Source of the DNA: Puia sp.
GTDB lineage: Bacteria; Bacteroidota; Bacteroidia; Chitinophagales; Chitinophagaceae
Direction: 5' to 3'
Length of the DNA: 64,000 nucleotides
NCBI GenBank assembly: GCA_035499855.1
Contig: DATJXY010000027.1
Span: 7,489 to 71,488 of the forward strand
Position 1 is the first letter of the stretch, and every line of letters starts with the position of its first letter. A program made the translations under genes and the position numbers. The notes below the pieces were generated by a model. It was not told where the DNA came from and did not search any database. It saw nothing but the letters and a program-made list of their open reading frames with translations. Shown here one piece after another: positions 18,932 through 30,482 of this stretch.

Positions 18932-19018
18932 GCCTTAATGACACTACAAATGACATTCCAATGACATTAAAATTCGGTTTTAGAAAACCCTGCGGTTATT
19001 TTTGCGTATCGTTTTCAG

Positions 19019-20266
19019 ATGCCATCAATGAATAGAAATAAAAATATAGATTTGTCAAAGTTTTTTGTAGCCGGAATTAATTATAAAAAAACAGATACTC
19101 TTGTCAGAGGATCTTTTGCTATTGGCCTGGAACAATACGAAAGAATTCTTACTCTCGCCCCATCTTTTGGAATTAATGAGTTGTTTGTTCTTTCTACCTG
19201 CAACCGTACAGAAATATATGGCTTCGCAGAGGATGCCCGGCTACTGATTGATTTGCTTTGCACTCAAACAACGGGATCAAAAGAGATTTTCCGGGAATTA
19301 TCTTACGTAAAAAATGGCCATGCTGCAATAAAACATCTTTTTAATGTAAGCGCAGGTCTCGATTCACAAATTCTGGGAGATTATGAAATTGTAGGTCAGA
19401 TCAGGCAGGCTGTTAAATTCGCCAGAGAAAGAAAATTCGTTCATTCTTTTCTGGATAGGATGACGAATGCCGTTTTGCAATCCTCCAAATCAATCAAAAA
19501 CCAAACAGGCCTCAGTGATGGGACTGTTTCAGTTTCTTTTTCAGCTGTACAGTATATCCGTGAAAAAATTATTGATGTTTGCGATAAAAAAATATTGTTG
19601 CTGGGAGTTGGTAAAATTGGCCGTATTACATCCAAAAATCTGATTGATTATCTAGGAACCCGTAATATCACATTGATTAATCGTACTGAAGAAAAAGCAG
19701 CCGAACTGGCAAATGAGTTGGGCTTGCAATATGCTCCTGCGGATCAGATGAATCAGCACATTGCCAATGCAGATATCATCCTTGTAGCTACAAATGCTCC
19801 TGAACCTGTCATCCTGAAGAATCAACTTGAAAACAAAGGAAATAAACTGATTCTTGATCTTTCAATACCTTGCAACGTAGAGAAGGAAGTACAGGAATTA
19901 GATTATGTCAACCTGATTGATGTGGATGAATTATCCAGGCTGAAAGATGAAACCTTGCAGAAACGTGAGGCAGAAGTCCCGAAAGCAAAAGAAATCATCT
20001 CCATGCATATGGACGAACTGATAGAATGGTATGAAATGCGTAAGCACGTTCCTGTCCTGAAAGCAGTAAAAATGAAATTAAAAGAAATACATACTTCTTC
20101 TCTGTTTGTACAGCCCTCTCCCAACCAAGAAATTTTAAGTACTACTGCTGATGAAAAAATTCAGCGCGTAATAAACGGAATGGCCTCAAAAATGCGCCGG
20201 CAAAATCAACGGGGTTGCCATTATATCGAAGCCATTAATGAATTTATCGCCGGCAGTACAAACTGA
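19019..20266 (+). CDS. hemA: glutamyl-tRNA reductase
   Basis: LSTCNRTEIY, AGLDSQILGDYEIVGQ, LLGVGKIG. Confidence 0.96.
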   Translation: MPSMNRNKNIDLSKFFVAGINYKKTDTLVRGSFAIGLEQYERILTLAPSFGINELFVLSTCNRTEIYGFAEDARLLIDLLCTQTTGSKEIFRELSYVKNGHAAIKHLFNVSAGLDSQILGDYEIVGQIRQAVKFARERKFVHSFLDRMTNAVLQSSKSIKNQTGLSDGTVSVSFSAVQYIREKIIDVCDKKILLLGVGKIGRITSKNLIDYLGTRNITLINRTEEKAAELANELGLQYAPADQMNQHIANADIILVATNAPEPVILKNQLENKGNKLILDLSIPCNVEKEVQELDYVNLIDVDELSRLKDETLQKREAEVPKAKEIISMHMDELIEWYEMRKHVPVLKAVKMKLKEIHTSSLFVQPSPNQEILSTTADEKIQRVINGMASKMRRQNQRGCHYIEAINEFIAGSTN

Positions 20267-20271
20267 AAAAA

Positions 20272-21228
20272 ATGGGAAAATTGGTCCGGATAGGAACAAG
20301 AGAAAGCCGGTTGGCTGTTTGGCAGGCAACTGAAGTAATGAATTTATTAGCCCATCAGAAAATAAAAGCTGAACTGGTTTTCATAAAGAGTGAAGGTGAT
20401 ATTGACCTGCAAACCCCCTTGTACGAAATGGGCGTACAGGGTATTTTTACAAAAAGTCTTGATATTGCTCTGCTGAATAATAGAATTGATATTGCTGTAC
20501 ATTCTATGAAAGATGTACCCACACAATTACCAAATGGAATCATACAGGCGGCAGTACTAAAAAGAGGAAACTCTAAAGATTTGCTTGTATATAGAGATGA
20601 ATTGGAGACAGTGAATCGTGAATTGTCAATGGCGAATGATAAGAAAAAAATTTCCAATTCATCATTTATTGTTGCTACCAGCAGCATCCGTCGTAAGGCC
20701 CAATGGTTGAATCGATACCCCGAACATCAAATAGAAAATTTGAGAGGCAATGTGAATTCCCGCTTGCAAAAGCTGAAAGAAAATAGTTGGAACGGAGCGA
20801 TCTTTGCCGCCGCAGGGTTGGAAAGAATTAATCTTCGTCCTGAAAAGGCCATTGAACTTGATTGGATGTTACCAGCACCTGCCCAGGGAGCAATCATGGT
20901 CGTTTGCAGGGAAAATGATTTGGACATATATAACGATTGCCGCCACTTGCATGATGATCGTACTGCTCAATGCACTAAAATAGAAAGAGATTTTTTGAGA
21001 GCATTACTGGGTGGCTGTTCTACTCCTATCGCAGCTTTCGCCGAAATAGAAAAAAATGAAATTTATTTCAGAGGAAATATTTTGACACCGGATGGAAGTC
21101 AAAAAGCAGAAATAGAAAAGAAACTGCCATTGGAAAAAATGAGCAATCTCGGCAAAATCGCTGCAGAGGAACTATTAATCAATGGCGGCAAAAAAATTAT
21201 AGAGCAATTCCATCATGCAGAAAAATAA
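20272..21228 (+). CDS. hemC: hydroxymethylbilane synthase (porphobilinogen deaminase)
   Basis: IGTRESRLAVWQA, DIAVHSMKDVP, ATSSIRR, LRGNVNSRL, GGCSTPI. Confidence 0.97.
   Translation: MGKLVRIGTRESRLAVWQATEVMNLLAHQKIKAELVFIKSEGDIDLQTPLYEMGVQGIFTKSLDIALLNNRIDIAVHSMKDVPTQLPNGIIQAAVLKRGNSKDLLVYRDELETVNRELSMANDKKKISNSSFIVATSSIRRKAQWLNRYPEHQIENLRGNVNSRLQKLKENSWNGAIFAAAGLERINLRPEKAIELDWMLPAPAQGAIMVVCRENDLDIYNDCRHLHDDRTAQCTKIERDFLRALLGGCSTPIAAFAEIEKNEIYFRGNILTPDGSQKAEIEKKLPLEKMSNLGKIAAEELLINGGKKIIEQFHHAEK
20596..20667. repeat. periodic palindrome embedded in frame in hemC
   Basis: ATGAATT GGAGACA GTGAATC GTGAATT GTCAATG GCGAATG (20597-20638); perfect 11-bp IR GATGAATTGGA (20596-20606) / TCCAATTCATC (20653-20663). 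Confidence 0.75.
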
Positions 21229-21931
21229 AGCATCGATATTATGTACAATGTCCTTACCTCAAACTGCCATTCAGAATCTGAATGAAGAAAATATTTCTGT
21301 TGATTATCTTTCTTTTATTCATGTCAGCTCCGCTCTTCAGCCTGAATTAGTTCAAAAAATTAAAAAATTGTCAGAACAGACTGCAATAGTTGTTTTTACC
21401 AGCAGTCATGCAGTAAAGATTACTACCGGTATTCTAAAAAATCAAAAACCTTCCTGGAGAATATATTGCATCTCAGGAGTCACTGAAAAAGAGACAGCTG
21501 CTTTTTTTGGGAAAGAATCAATCGCAGGAACAGCTACTGATGCTTTAAGATTGGCTAAAAAAATAGCGGGAGACGAGATAAGAGAAATTACATTTTTTTG
21601 CGGAGATCAAAGAAGAGATGAATTGCCATCGCACCTCACGCTGCATAAGATATTAGTAAATGAAATCCTTACTTATAAAACTCAATTGACCCCCCAGAAG
21701 ATTTATAAAAAATATAATGGTATTTTATTTTTCAGTCCGAGTGCCGTGGACAGTTTTTTTTCGGTGAATGAAGTGGATAAAGCAACAATGTTGTTCGCCA
21801 TTGGTAATACGACAGCAAACGCAATAAAAAAGCATTCCCTGAATAAAATAATTATAAGTGAACTGCCCAACAAGGAACGATTGATAAAAAGTGCTGCAGA
21901 ATATTTTCAAACAAACCCTATTAATTTTTAA
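21215..21931 (+). CDS. hemD: uroporphyrinogen-III synthase
   Basis: [39 protein letters not shown]; between hemC and hemE. Confidence 0.9.
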   Translation: MQKNKASILCTMSLPQTAIQNLNEENISVDYLSFIHVSSALQPELVQKIKKLSEQTAIVVFTSSHAVKITTGILKNQKPSWRIYCISGVTEKETAAFFGKESIAGTATDALRLAKKIAGDEIREITFFCGDQRRDELPSHLTLHKILVNEILTYKTQLTPQKIYKKYNGILFFSPSAVDSFFSVNEVDKATMLFAIGNTTANAIKKHSLNKIIISELPNKERLIKSAAEYFQTNPINF

Positions 21932-21953
21932 AAACCCGAATAGATATACGCAG

Positions 21954-22997
21954 ATGAATCCAATTAAAAACAGTTTATTATTAAGTGCCTTAAAAGGAGA
22001 AAAGGTAGAACGCCCCCCGGTTTGGATGATGCGACAGGCAGGCCGTTATTTGCCCGACTACATGAAGTTAAAAGATAAGTATTCTTTTTTTGAACGTGTT
22101 CAAACGCCCGAGCTTGCAACAGCAATCACTCTACAACCCGTTGATCAAATAGGTGTAGATGCTGCAATTATTTTTTCTGATATATTGGTAGTGCCGCAGG
22201 CAATGGGTCTCGAAGTTCAGCTAATTGAAAATAAAGGCCCTTACTTACCCGAACCGATAAGAAGTATTGAAGATATAAAGCGGGTATACGTTCCCGATAT
22301 CATGGAAGAATTAAATTATGTTTTTGACGCTTTGCAAATGACAAAGCAGGAATTAAAAGACAGGGTACCCCTAATTGGCTTTGCGGGAGCTCCCTGGACA
22401 TTATTCTGCTATATGGTCGAAGGCAAAGGATCCAAGACTTTCGATCTTGCAAAAAAATTCTGTTATACACAACCAGCCGCATCGAATCAATTACTTCAAA
22501 TGATTACGGACACAACAATCGCTTATTTAAAGCAGCAGATAAAATCCGGAGCTGATGTCATTCAAATTTTTGATAGTTGGGGAGGATTATTATCTCCTGA
22601 TGATTTTGAACATTTCTCATTGAAATACATAAGACAGATTATCGAATCAATAAAAGAAGAGGTTTTAACGATCATCTTTGCCAAAGGAGCATGGCATTCG
22701 TTAAAAAGCATGGCAGAAACCGGAACTGACGGGTTGGGTATCGATTGGTGCATTTATCCACAAATGGCAAGAAAATTGGCTGGCAATAATGTTACGCTGC
22801 AGGGTAACCTGGATCCGGCTAAATTATTATCTCCCGTTCCGTTAATTAAAAAGGAAGTAAGAGCCATGATGGATAATTTTGGCGAACAGAAATACATTGC
22901 CAACCTGGGTCATGGCATACTTCCGGAAACACCCGTCGATCATGCACGTGCATTTGTAGATACTGTAAAAGATTATCAATACGAAAAAATATCATAA
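21954..22997 (+). CDS. hemE: uroporphyrinogen decarboxylase
   Basis: [40 protein letters not shown]. Confidence 0.97.
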   Translation: MNPIKNSLLLSALKGEKVERPPVWMMRQAGRYLPDYMKLKDKYSFFERVQTPELATAITLQPVDQIGVDAAIIFSDILVVPQAMGLEVQLIENKGPYLPEPIRSIEDIKRVYVPDIMEELNYVFDALQMTKQELKDRVPLIGFAGAPWTLFCYMVEGKGSKTFDLAKKFCYTQPAASNQLLQMITDTTIAYLKQQIKSGADVIQIFDSWGGLLSPDDFEHFSLKYIRQIIESIKEEVLTIIFAKGAWHSLKSMAETGTDGLGIDWCIYPQMARKLAGNNVTLQGNLDPAKLLSPVPLIKKEVRAMMDNFGEQKYIANLGHGILPETPVDHARAFVDTVKDYQYEKIS

Positions 22998-23045
22998 AAG
23001 CAGAAGGTATCATCTTTTTTTCGTGCCTGTCGAAACATATTCATT

Positions 23046-24008
23046 ATGAGCATCACCAAAATTTATAAAACAGAAACATCTGCATTCAGAGGAGTATGGA
23101 TTGAGTTCATTTATGATCTGCAAAAAAAAATTTGTTTAGAATTAGAAAAGAAAGATGGCAAAGCACTGTTTAATGAAGATGATTGGGAAAGAGCAGAGGG
23201 CCGGGGCGGTGGTGGCAAAACAAAGATAATTACGAATGGCAATACATTCGAAAAGGGGGGAGTAAATGCTTCTGTGGTCTATGGAAAAGTCGGGGATACC
23301 ATGCGCAAACAATTAAAAATCGATGGAGCAAAATGGTTTGCCTGTGGACTCTCCATTATTATTCATCCGCTAAATCCATATGTACCTACGATTCATTCAA
23401 ACTGGCGTTATTTTGAATTATATGATGAAGAGGGTTATGTCATTGACCGTTGGTTTGGGGGAGGCATTGATCTGACTCCTTATTATCTTTTTGAAGAGGA
23501 TGCAAAATATTTTCATGAGACCTTGAAAAACACAATCGACCCCTTCGGAACTAAATTATATCCTTTATATAAAAAAAATTGCGATGAATATTTTTGCAAC
23601 ACGCACCGGAATAATGAAATGCGTGGGATTGGTGGCGTATTTTACGATTATTTAAGACCAACTGATGAAAACGATGCACAAAAATTGTTTCAATTTCAAC
23701 AGGCCAATGGAAATGCTTTCTTAAATGCATATTTACCTATAGTAGATAAAAGAAAAGATATTCTTTATAGCAACCGTGAAATTGAATGGCAGGAAATAAG
23801 ACGAGGACGCTATGTTGAATTCAATTTAATTCATGACAGGGGTACGGTTTTCGGATTGAAAACGAATGGAAGGACTGAAAGTATTTTAGCAAGTCTTCCA
23901 CCACGGGCCAGATGGTATTATGATTATCAGCCCGAAGCAGGAAGTGAAGAATACAAATTATTGCAGGCATGTCTTCATCCGAAAGAGTGGGTTTCTACTG
24001 AAGAATAA
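23046..24008 (+). CDS. hemF: oxygen-dependent coproporphyrinogen-III oxidase
   Basis: FEKGGVNAS, WFGGGIDLTP, RGIGGVFYD, RRGRYVEFNL. Confidence 0.96.
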   Translation: MSITKIYKTETSAFRGVWIEFIYDLQKKICLELEKKDGKALFNEDDWERAEGRGGGGKTKIITNGNTFEKGGVNASVVYGKVGDTMRKQLKIDGAKWFACGLSIIIHPLNPYVPTIHSNWRYFELYDEEGYVIDRWFGGGIDLTPYYLFEEDAKYFHETLKNTIDPFGTKLYPLYKKNCDEYFCNTHRNNEMRGIGGVFYDYLRPTDENDAQKLFQFQQANGNAFLNAYLPIVDKRKDILYSNREIEWQEIRRGRYVEFNLIHDRGTVFGLKTNGRTESILASLPPRARWYYDYQPEAGSEEYKLLQACLHPKEWVSTEE

Positions 24009-24031
24009 AGAATATTAAATAATAAATATAA

Positions 24032-25000
24032 ATGCAGCGACGAAACAGAATTCTAAGGGCTGGTTCTTCTATCAGAAGTCTTGTTGCCGAAACTATTTTA
24101 ACTCCTGATGATTTTATCGTTCCGCTTTTTATCGACGAGGGGAAAAATGTAAAGACTGAAATTGTGTCCATGCCCGGATATTACCGGAACAGCATTGATA
24201 TTACTGTAAAAGAAGTTAAGGAGCTATGGAAACTGGGTTTGAAATCAGTGCTGATTTTTATAAAATGCGCGGATGAACTGAAAGATAATACCGGGAAAGA
24301 AGCATGGAATAAGAATGGGCTCATGCAGCGAAGCATCCAGTCTATTAAAGAAGCTGTACCGGAAATGGTGGTAATGACTGATGTTGCACTTGATCCTTAT
24401 TCATCTTTTGGACATGATGGCATCGTAAAGGGAAATGAAATTGTAAACGATGAAACTGTAGAAGCCCTTGTGAAAATGAGCCTGAGTCATGCCGAAGCCG
24501 GAGCGGATTTCGTCGCTCCCAGTGATATGATGGACGGGCGTATCGGATCAATCAGAAAAGGACTTGAAGAAAATGGTTTTATCAAAACGGGGATAATGGC
24601 ATATAGTGCCAAATATGCTTCCTGCTTTTATGGTCCTTTTCGTGATGCCCTGGATTCGGCCCCGGGTTTTGGTGATAAAAAAACTTACCAGATGGATTAT
24701 GCAAACCGGATTGAAGCCATCAAAGAAACAATAATGGATGTGGAGGAAGGAGCTGATATTGTCATGGTAAAACCTGCCCTAGCTTACCTGGATATCATCC
24801 GTGAAGTAAAAAATGCAGTGCATGTTCCCGTTAGTGCGTATAATATTAGCGGTGAATATTCAATGATTAAAGCAGCGGCTAAAATGGGCTGGCTAAATGA
24901 AGAAAAAGCAATTCTTGAAGTCCTGACTGCAATTAAACGCGCGGGAGCCGATTTGATAGCAACCTATTTTGCAAAAGATGCAGTGAAACTGATATCGTGA
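24032..25000 (+). CDS. hemB: porphobilinogen synthase (ALA dehydratase)
   Basis: DVALDPYSSFGHDG, APSDMMDGRI, FYGPFRDAL, MVKPALAYLD. Confidence 0.97.
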   Translation: MQRRNRILRAGSSIRSLVAETILTPDDFIVPLFIDEGKNVKTEIVSMPGYYRNSIDITVKEVKELWKLGLKSVLIFIKCADELKDNTGKEAWNKNGLMQRSIQSIKEAVPEMVVMTDVALDPYSSFGHDGIVKGNEIVNDETVEALVKMSLSHAEAGADFVAPSDMMDGRIGSIRKGLEENGFIKTGIMAYSAKYASCFYGPFRDALDSAPGFGDKKTYQMDYANRIEAIKETIMDVEEGADIVMVKPALAYLDIIREVKNAVHVPVSAYNISGEYSMIKAAAKMGWLNEEKAILEVLTAIKRAGADLIATYFAKDAVKLIS

Positions 25001-25463
25001 AAGGTGAATGGTCAATGGTAAATGTATCCTACTATGAAAACATATTGTTAACCTCAAACTTTATGCTATATTTCTTATTCTTAATCACCATAAAATGGAT
25101 ATCGATCGGGTTTCAAAAAAACTTGTACTCTCCTGTTATAGATTAACAAATGGATTTCCTACTGAAGAAAAATTTGGGATAGTTTCGCAAATGAGGCGAG
25201 CTGCTTTATCAGTACATTTAAATATTGCTGAGGCTGCTTCCAGAAAATCAGGTATTGAAAGAAAGCGGTTTTTTGAAATCGCCAGGGGATCTGTAATTGA
25301 AATCGATGCTGCATTTGACATAGCTTCCGATCTTGATTATTAAAAAAAAATAAATTCAGATTCACTTAGGGAAGTCATCATCAAATGCTTTAAAATTCTA
25401 AGCTCTTTAATCAATTCAAAAAATATAATTAATCCTGTTCACCATTGACCATTCACTATTCAC
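24997..25463. mobile_element. heptamer-arm inverted-repeat cassette carrying a four-helix-bundle gene
   Basis: Left arm GTGAAAG GTGAATG GTCAATG GTAAATG (24997-25024); right arm TGTTCAC CATTGAC CATTCAC TATTCAC (25436-25463); 16-bp perfect core; mobility is inferred, not shown. Confidence 0.6.
25068..25448 (+). pseudogene. four-helix-bundle protein (23S rRNA-IVP family), in-frame TAA at 25341-25343
   Basis: IFLILNHHKMDI...FPTEEKFGIVSQMRRAALSVHLNIAEAASRKS...FFEIARGSVIEIDAAFDIA; reading frame continues past TAA as KKINSDSLREVIIKCFKILSSLIN (helix 4). Confidence 0.8.
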
Positions 25464-26762
25464 ATGTACACCGATTCCAGCAAACAACTTTTCCAGCGCG
25501 CTCAGCAATCTATTCCGGGTGGTGTAAACTCACCTGTCCGTGCTTTTAAAAGTGTAGGAGGCAATCCTATTTTCATTAAAAAAGCAAAGGGCGCTTATTT
25601 ATATGATGTAGATGACAACCGATACATTGATTATATTGCTTCCTGGGGACCGATGATTCTCGGTCATGCTTATGAGCCCGTCGTAAAAGCTATTCATGAA
25701 AAAGCATTGGATTCCACTTCATATGGAGCGCCCACAGAACTGGAAATTGAAATGGCAGAATTGATCATCAGCATGGTGCCTCATGTTGATCTGATCAGGA
25801 TGGTGAGCAGCGGAACAGAAGCCTGTATGAGCGCCATCAGGCTGGCAAGAGGATTTACCGGAAGAAATAAAATCATCAAGTTTGAAGGTCACTATCATGG
25901 ACATGCGGATTCTTTTCTTGTAAAGGCAGGAAGTGGGGTAGCAACCCTGAACATTCAAACTGTTCCGGGAATAACTGCAGGCGTATCCAATGATACACTC
26001 ACCTGCGCTTTCAATGATTTGGAAGCTGTTGAACAAATTTCGCATGAGCATCGGGGTGAGATCGCAGCTATTATTGTTGAACCGGTTGCCGGTAATATGG
26101 GCTGCATCCTGCCAAAACCCGGATTTCTGGAAGGATTGAGAAAAATCTGTGATGAGCAAAATATCATACTAATCCTGGATGAGGTAATGACTGGTTTTCG
26201 GCTTGCACCCGGCGGAGCGCAGGAAAAATTGAATATCCGAGCTGATCTGGTAACATATGGAAAAGTCATTGGCGGAGGCTTACCTGTAGGCGCTTTTGGC
26301 GGAAGAAAAGAAATCATGCAGCATATTGCTCCTCTTGGAAATGTTTACCAGGCAGGTACGCTGAGTGGAAATCCACTTGCAATGATTGCCGGTTATATTA
26401 CATTACAGGAATTAAAGAAAAACCTCTCTATCTACGATGAATTAAATAAAAAAACAGTTGATTTGAAAAATGGATTGGACAAAATCCTTCAATCAATCGG
26501 AATACCTTATATGATCAATCAGTTTGGATCCATGATCAGTATACATTTCACCAGCCATCCCGTGACTGATTTCGCATCCGCAGCTTCGGCTGATTCGGAA
26601 AAATTTAAAAAATTTTTTCATGCAATGCTTAACAGGGGAATTTATTTACCCCCCTCTGCTTTTGAAAGCTGGTTTCTGAATAATGCACTGACAAAAGAAG
26701 ATATTCAGTACACGATCAGCGCCGCAGAAGAAAGTCTGAAAGAAATTTCATCAACCAGATAA
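25464..26762 (+). CDS. hemL: glutamate-1-semialdehyde 2,1-aminomutase
   Basis: [45 protein letters not shown]. Confidence 0.97.
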   Translation: MYTDSSKQLFQRAQQSIPGGVNSPVRAFKSVGGNPIFIKKAKGAYLYDVDDNRYIDYIASWGPMILGHAYEPVVKAIHEKALDSTSYGAPTELEIEMAELIISMVPHVDLIRMVSSGTEACMSAIRLARGFTGRNKIIKFEGHYHGHADSFLVKAGSGVATLNIQTVPGITAGVSNDTLTCAFNDLEAVEQISHEHRGEIAAIIVEPVAGNMGCILPKPGFLEGLRKICDEQNIILILDEVMTGFRLAPGGAQEKLNIRADLVTYGKVIGGGLPVGAFGGRKEIMQHIAPLGNVYQAGTLSGNPLAMIAGYITLQELKKNLSIYDELNKKTVDLKNGLDKILQSIGIPYMINQFGSMISIHFTSHPVTDFASAASADSEKFKKFFHAMLNRGIYLPPSAFESWFLNNALTKEDIQYTISAAEESLKEISSTR

Positions 26763-26772
26763 ACTTTCGATC

Positions 26773-27237
26773 ATGAAAATTTCAACCTTCATTTTTATCA
26801 TTATCGCTTTTGTGGTCTGCCTTGCTGCATGCCAGCAACAACCCTCTTCTGATATTAAGCAGGAAACCATCGATTCACTCAAAACCACGATCAACCATCT
26901 TAAACCTGGTTTGGGCGAATTTATGCTCCAAATAAAATATCATCATGACGAACTCTCGAAAGCCATTACAGAAAAAAGCTATGAAAGAGTCTCCTATGAA
27001 ATTGATGAATTGAATGAAACTTTCGGGAAAATTCAGCAATTGCATATTTCTAACGATAAACTGCAGCAACCTTTTCCTTTTTTCTATGATAAATATATGA
27101 AATCCGTGCTGGAGGTCCTCTCAGGCGCAGCCGCAAAAAAAGATGACGCTGTTCTTAAAACCAATATGACAGCATTGACCAATAACTGCAATAGCTGTCA
27201 CCATGAAAATAATATGAGCTTTATGAAGATCAATTAG
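26773..27237 (+). CDS. putative lipoprotein class II (four-helix) c-type cytochrome
   Basis: Lipobox-like LAAC, PGLGEFM, single C-terminal CNSCH haem-attachment motif. Confidence 0.65.
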   Translation: MKISTFIFIIIAFVVCLAACQQQPSSDIKQETIDSLKTTINHLKPGLGEFMLQIKYHHDELSKAITEKSYERVSYEIDELNETFGKIQQLHISNDKLQQPFPFFYDKYMKSVLEVLSGAAAKKDDAVLKTNMTALTNNCNSCHHENNMSFMKIN

Positions 27238-28175
27238 TGAAGTAACAACTCACAAGGCTTCAATCCTGTATGTTTCTTAAATGCAGTGGAAAAATGAGAA
27301 ATGGAAGAATATCCCAGCATGACAGATACTTCGGTAACCCTTAATCCTTTTTCATACAGGAGATATCTTGCATGCTCCATGCGCTGGCTCTGATAGAAAT
27401 CGAAAATGGTGGTTCCGAACATTTCTTTGAATCCTTTCTTCAAATAACATTCATTGATAGCCACTTTTCGGCTCAGTTCCTTAATGGTCAATGGTTCGCC
27501 GATATGCTCCAATAATATTTCCCGGGCAAGCGTGATTTTTTCTCTGTCCAATTCATTAGCCAGGAATTTGCATTGAAAACTTTCTACATCCCTTTCACCC
27601 AGCATACATTCAAGGCTGTACAATAAAAGCATCTGCGTTTGCGCATTGATATAAATATTTTCCAGACTGTCTGTATAAGTATGGTTGAGTAAGGCTTCCA
27701 ATACGATTCTTGTCCGGCTGCAAAGCGACAAAATTTTAGAAAAAGAAGAAGGGTGATTGAAATAAAGAATATTATCAGATACGGTATTTCCCGATTTGTT
27801 TGCCTTAACAAACTGTGCTAAATGAACAGGCGAAAAACGGAAGCTGAAAACATCGACCGTTTCAACACGTTCATTGCAATTCCTGGAAACGTTCAATTTG
27901 CAGGAATCGCATTCGGTTTCTTTTTGCCTGCAATAGACATTCCCTGAAATGCAAAAACGCAATTCAAAATAATTTTCTTTGGGCTGATTCTTTTTGTAGT
28001 GGTATACCATCATACCCATATCATCCAGGTTCCATTGATGGTGCTTTCTGTATCTCCTGATGAAATATTGAACTGAACCAGGCATCTGACGCTCTTTTTC
28101 ATGGAGGATAACCAGATCATCCTGCATTACAGGCTGCTTGCAGGCCAGTGTCAATATATCAGGAGGCTGATGCAT
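27234..28175 (-). CDS. AraC family transcriptional regulator with Cys-rich N-terminal domain
   Basis: C-terminal HTH LTIKELSRKVAINECYLKKGFK...GYSSISHFSTAFKKHTG. Confidence 0.9.
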   Translation of the reverse strand: MHQPPDILTLACKQPVMQDDLVILHEKERQMPGSVQYFIRRYRKHHQWNLDDMGMMVYHYKKNQPKENYFELRFCISGNVYCRQKETECDSCKLNVSRNCNERVETVDVFSFRFSPVHLAQFVKANKSGNTVSDNILYFNHPSSFSKILSLCSRTRIVLEALLNHTYTDSLENIYINAQTQMLLLYSLECMLGERDVESFQCKFLANELDREKITLAREILLEHIGEPLTIKELSRKVAINECYLKKGFKEMFGTTIFDFYQSQRMEHARYLLYEKGLRVTEVSVMLGYSSISHFSTAFKKHTGLKPCELLLH

Positions 28176-28331
28176 AAACGAGTCGCAAATTTACGACAAA
28201 AGAACAATTATCAATGCTTTTTCAGAAGAGAAAGCAAACAATGTTTAAACAACAGGATGAGCCATTTTTTGACTAAAAAAATAGCTAAAAAAGAAGGCTT
28301 TAAACCTGTTTAAAAGGCTATTTTATCGTAA

Positions 28332-30395
<2,064 letters not shown>

Positions 30396-30482
30396 AAAGA
30401 TGGAAAACCTGTTTGCTAATATTTTTCTACCTTTAACCCGGTTATATTTCGATTGTTGATCAATACCAACCATTAAAACCAT

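Noticed and set aside
24997-25463. Classical IS or MITE call for the hemB-hemL cassette
   Set aside because: No transposase or remnant and no target-site duplication, so mobility stays an inference.
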